Positions 28,201 to 35,626 of a stretch of DNA of 64,000 nt are shown here, piece after piece. Position numbers and translations under genes: made by a program. The stretch is taken from contig CAZKMO010000001.1 in assembly GCA_964554015.1 (NCBI GenBank), positions 22,756 through 86,755 of the forward strand. Direction: 5' to 3'. Source of the stretch: an uncultured bacterium (lineage in GTDB: Bacteria > Zhuqueibacterota > QNDG01 > CAYUAG01). The notes under the pieces are model-generated. The model had not been told where the DNA came from, did not search any database, and was given only the letters and a program-made list of their open reading frames with translations. Every line of letters begins with the position of its first letter. Positions within the stretch are counted from its first letter, which is position 1.

Positions 28201-29857
28201 AGAGGGAGGACAGCTTCCGGGACACAAAGTAAGCAAAGAGATTGCCAAGGTCCGTCATACTACTCCTGGGGTAACTCTGATTTCTCCTCCTCCTCATCAT
28301 GATATCTATTCTATTGAAGATTTGGCTCAATTAATATTTGATTTAAAATCAGTAAATCCCCGGGCTCGGGTATCGGTCAAACTGGTTTCGGAAGCTGGAG
28401 TGGGTACCATTGCCGCTGGTGTGGCAAAAGCAAATGCTGATACAGTACTGATTTCAGGACAGGATGGTGGTACCGGTGCCTCCCCCCTTACAGCCATCAA
28501 ACATGCAGGACTTCCCTGGGAATTGGGCCTGGCCGAGACCCAGCAGACCCTTATAGGAAACAACCTTCGGGAGCGGATTCGCATTCAGGTGGATGGTCAG
28601 CTGAAAACCGGACGTGATCTGGCTATAGCGGCTTTACTGGGAGCTGAGGAGTTTGGGTTTGGGACCGCCATTTTAATTACTTTGGGTTGTGTAATGATGC
28701 GTAAATGTCATCTAAATACCTGCTCCACAGGTATAGCAACCCAGGATCCTAAGCTTCGTTCCCGATTTAAAGGTAAACCGGAATATATCGAATGTTTTCT
28801 CCGATTTATTGCTGAAGAGCTGCGTGAAATTATGGCCCAGCTTGGTTTTCGCACCCTGGACGATATGATCGGCCGAGTGGATGTCCTTGATTTTCAACCC
28901 GCGCTTGGTCACTGGAAAACCAGCAACCTGGATCTCTCCCCTCTACTTTCTTCCCTAAGTGAAAGGAAAGATGCACCCCGGCATTCCTTATCTCATAAGA
29001 ATCCAAACCGGGTAACTAGTTTGCATAGTAGATTGTTGAAGCAAGTTAATTCCGCTTTGGAAAAGAAAGAAAAGGTTAAGATCGAAACAACTATACGAAA
29101 TGTCCACCGAACCATTGGAACCCGGATTAGTGGAGAAATCATTCAACAATATGGGTCAGAGGGATTACCTGAAGATACCATTCAACTCAGTTTCAAGGGG
29201 TCAGCCGGACAGAGTCTGGGTGCCTTTTTAGCTCCGGGAATCAGTATTCAGGTGGAAGGAGATGCCAATGATTATTTGGCAAAAGGTATGACCGGAGGAA
29301 GGATTGTGTTGATTCCTCCTCAAGGAGCAAAATTTTTATCTCACGAAAATGTCATCTGCGGTAATGTTGTGCTTTATGGTGCCACTGGTGGGGAATTGTA
29401 TATCAATGGTATGGCTGGCGAACGATTTGCGGTACGAAACAGCGGAGGAAGTGCAGTGGTGGAAGGAGTAGGAGATCACTGCTGTGAATATATGACCGGT
29501 GGTGTAGTAGTGGTTATTGGTTCCACCGGAAATAATTTTGCCGCTGGAATGAGTGGTGGTATTGCCTATGTATATGATGAAAACGAGTTGTTTGACACCA
29601 GATGCAATCTGGATATGGTTGATCTGGAAAGTGTATGGAGCAAAGAAGATCGAATGCTCCTGCGGTCTATGCTGGAAAAGCATTTTCGCTTTACCAATAG
29701 TACACGGGCAAAAATGCTGCTGGAAAACTGGGATACCCATTTACCCCTGTTTGTGAAAGTCATGCCTATTGATTATCGCCAAGTCCTGGAAAGAATTCAC
29801 CTTAAGGAAGATACCGACCGGGTGACCGTATCAGCAACCGAGGAAGTGTATGGTTAA
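25286..29857 (+). CDS. gltB: Glutamate synthase large subunit.
   Basis: The N-terminal Cys amidotransferase (CGTGFVA), the FMN/Fe-S central domain and the GXGXG C-terminal repeats (GMTGG...GGSAVVEGVGDH) are present. Length is 1523 aa. Confidence 0.9.
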   Translation: MTRKDYFQRNTAGVPESRGLYTPAFEHDSCGTGFVARIDGIPKHSIVEKGIKISVNLEHRGAVGGDKSTGDGAGLLVQLPHAFFQQECRDIKLPDPGEYGVGMIFLPSEKNLAEQCKKALKNIIQQEGGKILGWRQVPVQSHHLGNFARITEPKIYQLFVSRGKILLEDFERKLYIIRRLAEKEISGWKEKDFSQFYVVSLSHRTIVYKGLLTGTQLPLYYPDLNNHTFVSAFALVHQRYSTNTLPTWNMAQPFRYLAHNGEINTLKGNINRMRMRESVMKSDFFGEDIEKIKPVIVSQGSDSAMFDNVLELLVMAGRSIPHAMMMMVPEAHAAKIHMSEDKRAFYAFHSSIMEPWDGPAALVFSDGRYIGATLDRNGLRPARYTITRDGLIILASETGVLKVPGTQIRSRGRLQPGKMFLVDLKQNRIVPDKEIKAKISRQSPYRRWVKDKQITLRGLFMPSRVPTIEPEVLLRKQHVFGYTDEELKMIVSPMASRGQEPVGSMGNDTALAVLSHRSQLLFSYFKQLFAQVTNPPIDPLREELVMSLESFLGGEENFLEETSEQYRGLKLSHPILSIRDMARIKEANHPDVVPMTIDLIFPVNNDGTTLKSALQKLFKQAEKCIAKGCTLLILSDRNVDKDHAPIPSLLATSALHHHLIKKGLRHSAGLIIETGEAREVMHFSLLIGYGADAICPYLAFYTIGNMAASDLLEKPLTPENAMDEYVTAVKKGLLKTMSRMGISTLHSFFGSQIFEAVGLNNKIVNTYFCGTTSRIGGIGLKEIAEESIMRHRRGYPLQGMPDKLLDVGGAYHYRVGGEKHLWNTEAIYKLQSATRTKNYSVFKEYTSLVNDQSKEQVTLRSLFHFKKRDPIPLNKVEPAASILSRFVSAAMSFGSISPEAHEAIAIAMNRLGARSNSGEGGEDPARNIPLPNGDRRGSVIKQVASGRFGVTTEYLVHAHEIQIKMAQGAKPGEGGQLPGHKVSKEIAKVRHTTPGVTLISPPPHHDIYSIEDLAQLIFDLKSVNPRARVSVKLVSEAGVGTIAAGVAKANADTVLISGQDGGTGASPLTAIKHAGLPWELGLAETQQTLIGNNLRERIRIQVDGQLKTGRDLAIAALLGAEEFGFGTAILITLGCVMMRKCHLNTCSTGIATQDPKLRSRFKGKPEYIECFLRFIAEELREIMAQLGFRTLDDMIGRVDVLDFQPALGHWKTSNLDLSPLLSSLSERKDAPRHSLSHKNPNRVTSLHSRLLKQVNSALEKKEKVKIETTIRNVHRTIGTRISGEIIQQYGSEGLPEDTIQLSFKGSAGQSLGAFLAPGISIQVEGDANDYLAKGMTGGRIVLIPPQGAKFLSHENVICGNVVLYGATGGELYINGMAGERFAVRNSGGSAVVEGVGDHCCEYMTGGVVVVIGSTGNNFAAGMSGGIAYVYDENELFDTRCNLDMVDLESVWSKEDRMLLRSMLEKHFRFTNSTRAKMLLENWDTHLPLFVKVMPIDYRQVLERIHLKEDTDRVTVSATEEVYG

Positions 29858-31280
29858 TCACACAGGTTTTATGAAATATGAACGTCTGGATCCGCCTAAG
29901 CGAGCTGTGAAAAAGCGGATTAAGGATTTTAAAGAATTTGAAGAATTGTTACCGGTTGAATCACTGACCCAACAAGCTGCACGCTGTATGTACTGCGGTG
30001 TACCCAGTTGTCATGCCTTCGGCTGCCCATTACAAAATCGCATTCCAGATTGGAACGATATGGTACATAGAGGTCACTGGAAACGAGCATTGGAATTACT
30101 ACATATAACCAATAATTTTCCCGAAATAACCGGCCGTATTTGTCCGGCTCCCTGTGAAGCTGCCTGTACCCTTTCCATCAATCAATCTGCTGTCTTGATT
30201 CGACACATTGAGCTTCAAATAATCGAACAGGGATGGCAAAAGGGTTGGATTCAGCCAGAGCCTTCTCAGTATAAAACCGGGAAAAGAGTAGCCATTGTTG
30301 GTTCAGGACCAGCAGGACTTGCTGCTGCTCAACAACTGGCCCGATATGGACACGAAGTGGTAGTCTTTGAAAAAATGGATCGGATTGGAGGAATTCCCCG
30401 CTATGGAATTCCTGATTTTAAAATGGAAAAATGGATCATTGACCGGCGCCTCGAGCACCTGCGAAAAGAGGGAGTTATATTCGAGACCAGGGTGGATGCC
30501 GGGATTGATATTTCTGCCCGCTATATGAAACGCAGCTTTGATGCTATGGTGATAGCTACCGGTGCTGTTGTGCCTCGATCTCTTGATGTACCTGGAAGTA
30601 ATTTACAATCTATACATTTTGCCATGGATTTTCTGATTCAGCAAAACCGGCGCTTGGCTGGCGACACACTCAGACCTGAAAAACAGATTACAGTAAAGGA
30701 TAAGAATGTAGTAGTGATTGGTGGTGGAGATACAGGTGCAGATTGTGTAGGAACTGCACGGCGTTTGGGAGCTGATAAAATTGTTCTAATCGAGATACTA
30801 CCCAAGCCTCCCCTTGAACGTTCCCTTAATAATCCCTGGCCAACCTGGCCTAATATTCTCTGTTCCTCCAGTTCCCATCAGGAAGGATGTAAGCGATTAT
30901 GGAGTATTTTAGTGCAAAAATTTGTAGGTGATAATAATAAGGTTAAACAACTTGAATGTGTTAAGTTGGAATGGTATCAATCAGACAAGACAGGAAAGGC
31001 TGAATTTCGTCAAATTCCGGGTTCAGAGTTTTCTATTCAGGCAGATCTGGTACTCCTAGCCACCGGATTTCTCCATGTTGAGCACGGACCCTTGCTGAAA
31101 AATCTTAATATCAAAATTAACCCCAAAGGAAATATTATTGTTGATACCAACCAAATGACTTCCACTCCAGGAGTATTTGCTGCAGGTGACAGCGTACTGG
31201 GGGCATCCTTGGTGGTTAAAGCCATTGCCCAGGGGCGGAAAACAGCCGAAGGAGTGCAAAGATATCTTACAACCCCCTAA
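29850..31280 (+). CDS. gltD: Glutamate synthase small subunit (NADPH-dependent).
   Basis: The 4Fe-4S Cys motifs CMYCGVPSC and CPAPCEAAC are present. The FAD/NAD motifs GSGPAGLAAA and VIGGGDTGADC are present. It overlaps gltB by 8 nt. Confidence 0.85.
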   Translation: MVNHTGFMKYERLDPPKRAVKKRIKDFKEFEELLPVESLTQQAARCMYCGVPSCHAFGCPLQNRIPDWNDMVHRGHWKRALELLHITNNFPEITGRICPAPCEAACTLSINQSAVLIRHIELQIIEQGWQKGWIQPEPSQYKTGKRVAIVGSGPAGLAAAQQLARYGHEVVVFEKMDRIGGIPRYGIPDFKMEKWIIDRRLEHLRKEGVIFETRVDAGIDISARYMKRSFDAMVIATGAVVPRSLDVPGSNLQSIHFAMDFLIQQNRRLAGDTLRPEKQITVKDKNVVVIGGGDTGADCVGTARRLGADKIVLIEILPKPPLERSLNNPWPTWPNILCSSSSHQEGCKRLWSILVQKFVGDNNKVKQLECVKLEWYQSDKTGKAEFRQIPGSEFSIQADLVLLATGFLHVEHGPLLKNLNIKINPKGNIIVDTNQMTSTPGVFAAGDSVLGASLVVKAIAQGRKTAEGVQRYLTTP

Positions 31281-31546
31281 ATTTCCCTTTACATTAAAAT
31301 ACCTTCTTTATTTATAATTTCCCTTAGCTTCTCTTTACCAAAGAGTAATTTAAGTATATAGATTATAAGGTATAAAGGAATTAAATATATTTTTATCTGT
31401 TTGTTAATTCGGAAAATATTATTTTTTCATCCAGAAGATTGCAGAAATACATAAAAATTTGTATAATAATAAATGATACCATTTTTTTATGATTTCGATT
31501 ATCCATAATAAGATATTGCTGTTAAAAAAATATTAGGGAGGTAGAT

Positions 31547-31846
31547 ATGCAAACCTATATTTTATTAACTAAGCTTTCTACTGGTATAAGTAAGAAAGTG
31601 AAGGATCGTAAAGAAATTGGAAGAGCCTGGTTGGATGAAGTCAAAAAGAAATGTCCGAAGGTTAACTTTATATCCCATTACGCTCTTCTGGGTGAATATG
31701 ATTTTATGGACATTTATGAAGCCCCCAATGAAGAGACAGCAGCAAAAGTATCCATAATAAGTCTGCAAAACGAGGCTTTTCAGGCAAAGAGCATGATAGC
31801 TATTCCATACAAACGTTATCTAAAGCTAATAAACGAAATTACTTAA
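31547..31846 (+). CDS. GYD-domain protein.
   Basis: It is about 100 aa. The sequence YILLTKLS...GEYDFMDIYEAPNEETAAK matches the GYD family. Confidence 0.5.
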   Translation: MQTYILLTKLSTGISKKVKDRKEIGRAWLDEVKKKCPKVNFISHYALLGEYDFMDIYEAPNEETAAKVSIISLQNEAFQAKSMIAIPYKRYLKLINEIT

Positions 31847-31847
31847 T

Positions 31848-32723
31848 CTAAGATTCCCTTAATCCTTGCTTAATTCCTATAAATTTGGTGGAGAGTAAAC
31901 GACGAGCTTTGCTGATGTCAAAACTGGTATCCTGAGGCCGGGGAGCTTGCGTTTTGATCGAAGACATGGATACTGGTTGTAACAGATCTTCAGATAATCC
32001 CTTTATCTCTGCCAGACAGGTGCCAAAGGTATACCTATCGGTTCTTTCTTTTCCTCCCAAATGAATAATCCCACAAAAATCACTCCTGGCAAGCTCCAGT
32101 AGCGCTTGGGCCAGATTCTGGACTAAAATAGGGGAACGAAACTGATCCCTAAAAAGAGGCATGATTTCACCCGCAGAGAGTTTTTCCAAAATCTTCTCAG
32201 AAAATGAATTGGACCCGGTAAGGGGCGAACCGTAAATCAAGGCGGAACGAGCAATTACATAATTTGTACAGATTGCCTTTACAAACATCTCCGCAGTCAG
32301 TTTGGTTTTGCCATAAATATTTATGGGATTGGTTGTATCTGTTTCTTTATAATTACCCTTTTTGCCATCAAATACCATATCTGAGGAGATAAATAAAAAC
32401 CGGATTCCGGCTTTTACACTTATTTCGGCAAAAACTTCGGTGGCAGTAGTATTTATTCGAAACGCCTGTTCTGGATTTTTCTCACATTTTTCCAGATCTG
32501 ACCAGGCAGCAGTATGTATAACCACTTGTGGCTGTAGTTTATCTACCAGATCTTCTATGGCTTTTTCAGATGAAATATCAAGATTTACTGATCGTACTCC
32601 TTTCATTGAAATAGGATGTGTATTCCAGGTCGTCCAGACATCCCATTCACTCTGGGCCAGATTAATTAGATGCCCTCCGACAAAACCGCTGCCTCCGGTT
32701 ATTAGCAATCTATTCTTTATCAT
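31848..32723 (-). CDS. NAD(P)-dependent SDR-family reductase, dTDP-4-dehydrorhamnose reductase (RmlD)-like.
   Basis: The N-terminus LLITGGSGFVGGHL is present. The length and the YxxxK region (YGKTK) fit the RmlD substrate-binding-domain family. Confidence 0.6.
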   Translation of the reverse strand: MIKNRLLITGGSGFVGGHLINLAQSEWDVWTTWNTHPISMKGVRSVNLDISSEKAIEDLVDKLQPQVVIHTAAWSDLEKCEKNPEQAFRINTTATEVFAEISVKAGIRFLFISSDMVFDGKKGNYKETDTTNPINIYGKTKLTAEMFVKAICTNYVIARSALIYGSPLTGSNSFSEKILEKLSAGEIMPLFRDQFRSPILVQNLAQALLELARSDFCGIIHLGGKERTDRYTFGTCLAEIKGLSEDLLQPVSMSSIKTQAPRPQDTSFDISKARRLLSTKFIGIKQGLRES

Positions 32724-32806
32724 AATTTAATAATCTAAAATATTAAAATATTAAAAAATGTATCATTTATGCCTGTTTCGCGGAAAATTTCTAAATAATT
32801 GACTTT

Positions 32807-33709
32807 TTATTTATGATCAGAAATAAAAACCAGATAATCACCCTTATTCTGATAGGTATCATACTGGAGAGCAGATAAATTATCTACAGGAATACAGACA
32901 GCAATTTTTTGATTAATTTCTGGTTTTAATAAATGCAGTTTCTGAGCAAGGCCCAAACCATTAGCAACATGAAAAACCCCCTGAAAAGCAATAACTTGGC
33001 ATCCCGGATTCTTTTCTAAAAAATCACTTATGGTCTCAGCCATGGTATCATCCTTTAAACACTGAGCTTTATACAAATTCTGCATATCAAATTTTAGCAT
33101 GGGAAGGGGACGATTCTTTTCACTCATTTGTTCCATAAAGTTTTCTTTATAAGCGTCATCAAAACACTTTAATTCTCTGGCCATCCATACTTTCTCAGAA
33201 TCAGGGATTGCATAAAGAACCTGTTCTCCCCCTAAAGCAACCTGATTCGCATAGGACCGGGGAACATTCATAGCTAATACTGGAAGTTTATGCGTCTTGG
33301 CAAACTCAACTAAAAGTCGATAGGAAGATTTATAATTACTCCAGAATTTGACATTTTTCAGAAATTCTTTTTCAGTAATCCTTCCGGCAAGATATTTATT
33401 GAGAATCTCCTGGTCATCCCGTTCAAACATCTCCAAAGCTACTGCATATTTTTTATGTTTTGTATGAAGGATTTGGAGAAGTTCATACTCAAAAATATGG
33501 GTAGCGCTGTCGGAATGAATCTCTCCCACAAAAATCACATCCACATTTGAGACCTCCTTTAAAAACTGCTCACTGGTAAGCTCAGCTTTTTCCCTTCCCC
33601 TCATAATGGTGATCATCTTATTAAGCTCATAAGAGAATCTTAATTCCGAACTGCATCCCAGCCAAACAATAACGACTATAGTAATCAGTAAAAATAATGA
33701 ACGCTTCAT
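32807..33709 (-). CDS. ChaN-family (Cofac_haem_bdg/DUF399) lipoprotein.
   Basis: A GGAGGGGAG RBS lies before ATG 33709, so the ORF-track start at 33757 is less likely. There is a lipoprotein signal (LGCSS). The motif IFVGEIHSDSATHIFEYELL matches the ChaN signature. Confidence 0.55.
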   Translation of the reverse strand: MKRSLFLLITIVVIVWLGCSSELRFSYELNKMITIMRGREKAELTSEQFLKEVSNVDVIFVGEIHSDSATHIFEYELLQILHTKHKKYAVALEMFERDDQEILNKYLAGRITEKEFLKNVKFWSNYKSSYRLLVEFAKTHKLPVLAMNVPRSYANQVALGGEQVLYAIPDSEKVWMARELKCFDDAYKENFMEQMSEKNRPLPMLKFDMQNLYKAQCLKDDTMAETISDFLEKNPGCQVIAFQGVFHVANGLGLAQKLHLLKPEINQKIAVCIPVDNLSALQYDTYQNKGDYLVFISDHK

Positions 33710-33761
33710 CTCCCCTCCAAATTGTCTTCGCCTCACTTTTTTGTTTTGTTTATTCATTTAT

Positions 33762-34502
33762 TCAAAATTTTTTTACCAGCCAAAGTTGCACTCCACCCCC
33801 AGGAACAGGAGAAAGTCCCATCTTTAGCGAAGTTTTATCCTGATCAGCTTTAATGGCAACCCGCATGGCATCAATACCACTCACTATATGATTCACCACT
33901 ACAATACCAAGTAACAGAACAGAGTTAGAAAAAGCTTGGTCACTGGACATCCTGATTTTTTCATATTTCAACCGATTACTTTTATTGTCCCATTTCCAAG
34001 AGTACTCCCGGTTCTCGGGATATAATGCATCCAGATTTCTCTGCTGCAATTTGGTTTGATTATATGTCTGTATATCATCATAATGTTCAATATTAACAAA
34101 ATAATCATGGTCCTTACCTGCAGGATTTATATGAGCATGAGCGATGGCAAAATTTTTATAATCGTTCTCTCTCCAATTGCCGTATACTCTAAAACAACAA
34201 TAGGAAGTCCATAAGGCGATCTCAGCTCCCAGAAATATTTTTGCCATTTTAGGGGAACCGGCATAGTACTCTCCCCATCCTGGAATTAATAAGGACAAAA
34301 GAAATGCCTTGCCCCGGGAAGGAGAGCTGACATCAGATTGCTGATCAGGTTTATCCTTGGAGACAAGAAATGATTTATTAAATTCCTGCTTGCCGGATAC
34401 TCCATCTTGTTTCTTTTTAATTCCACCCCATCCATGGGAGGAAAGTAACATAGAAATAATTAAAACTGATATCAACAATATATTATTTTTGCCCACCTTC
34501 AT
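33762..34502 (-). CDS. DUF5683-like secreted/membrane-associated protein.
   Basis: There is a signal peptide. The motif LSLLIPGWGEYYAGSPKMAKIFLGAEIALW is shared with the downstream paralog. Confidence 0.4.
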   Translation of the reverse strand: MKVGKNNILLISVLIISMLLSSHGWGGIKKKQDGVSGKQEFNKSFLVSKDKPDQQSDVSSPSRGKAFLLSLLIPGWGEYYAGSPKMAKIFLGAEIALWTSYCCFRVYGNWRENDYKNFAIAHAHINPAGKDHDYFVNIEHYDDIQTYNQTKLQQRNLDALYPENREYSWKWDNKSNRLKYEKIRMSSDQAFSNSVLLLGIVVVNHIVSGIDAMRVAIKADQDKTSLKMGLSPVPGGGVQLWLVKKF

Positions 34503-34548
34503 TTTTCTCTCTTTTTTATTTATATCTCAAACTAATATTTAACAATGC

Positions 34549-34730
34549 CGTCATCCTGAGGAACGCTGGTGACGAAGGATATCACGCTACATTGGATTCA
34601 GTAAAGGAGTATGTTTAGCTGGAAATGAATGTAATTTCTTTAAAGAATCGCACTTTATCGGGTAAAAATAGTCATACCTTTTCATTCATTGGCGTGAGAT
34701 TCTTCGCTCCTTTCAGTCGTTCAGAATGAC
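34549..34730. repeat. Imperfect ~39-bp inverted repeat (GTCAT[C/T]CTGA...GCGAAG[G/A]AT[A/C]TCACGC) flanking about 104 bp. It is a member of a small dispersed repeat family.
   Basis: The left arm is 34549-34587. The right arm is 34692-34730, in reverse complement. A related motif GTCCTGAGCGAAAGCGAAGGGAT occurs at 54214-54236. Confidence 0.6.
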
Positions 34731-34826
34731 AATACAGAGTTACTGTTTTGAAAAATTGTAAACTTTTTCCAGGACGACACATTTTTTTATCTTTTGTCTT
34801 TTTTATTTTTTCTTTTGTCTTTATTT

Positions 34827-35615
34827 TTACCACCTGGTAATAAGTGACAGAAAAGGAACCTCACATCCATGCACCTTTCGGTAACTCATCCGCACCTGCG
34901 ATTCGATCTTTCTGTTCACTCCCCGAATGGTCCAGGCTGCATCCAAGGCTGAAAAAACATGGTTGGCCAGGGTAAGCATGGCACAGGTTGATGCTTTGGC
35001 AAATTCATTATTACTGTTAAGCCGCATGGTCATGTATCTGTCCCTGTGTTCAGTAACAGCCGTGCCACCTTCCTCGTAATCATCCCATCCTGCTTTAAAC
35101 TGATCGTATTTTCCTATCATTTCATAGTACTGCTGGGTTTTAGTTGCCGGCAGCGTGTGAGTGGTGTCACCAAACTCCGGATGCTGCTGCATCCAGTCTT
35201 TCCATCTTATCTCATTCCAATTAGTATCAGCAAAAGCCTCATATTCTTCTTCAAGGTCAAATCCTTTTCCCCGAAAATCAACGTATTTCCACCAGAGCAG
35301 AATTTCAAACCCTAAAAATACAGCCCCTTTAATTTTAGATCCGGCATAGATTTCTCCGGTTCCCGGAACAGCGCCGGAAAGCAGTATGCCTATGGCCGGT
35401 ATCTTTCTTTTAGGGGCAGGATTAGCACTATTCTTGTCAAAAATTATATGATCATTCCCTGCATACTGGTATTTATTTAGCATAAAATATCTCAACTCTG
35501 CATTATGATTAAGGGAATTATTCTTATCTTTTGCCTTTAAAACTTGAGGCATGAATATAGCTTGAAAAAATACTATCATACTCATTATGACAATTTTATG
35601 TTTAAATTTTTCCAT
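34827..35615 (-). CDS. DUF5683-like protein. It is a paralog of 33762..34502.
   Basis: There is a signal peptide. The motif LLSGAVPGTGEIYAGSKIKGAVFLGFEILLW is shared with the paralog. Both share a C-terminal VxxHxxSAxDA motif. Confidence 0.4.
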   Translation of the reverse strand: MEKFKHKIVIMSMIVFFQAIFMPQVLKAKDKNNSLNHNAELRYFMLNKYQYAGNDHIIFDKNSANPAPKRKIPAIGILLSGAVPGTGEIYAGSKIKGAVFLGFEILLWWKYVDFRGKGFDLEEEYEAFADTNWNEIRWKDWMQQHPEFGDTTHTLPATKTQQYYEMIGKYDQFKAGWDDYEEGGTAVTEHRDRYMTMRLNSNNEFAKASTCAMLTLANHVFSALDAAWTIRGVNRKIESQVRMSYRKVHGCEVPFLSLITRW

Positions 35616-35626
35616 ATGATTCCTCT

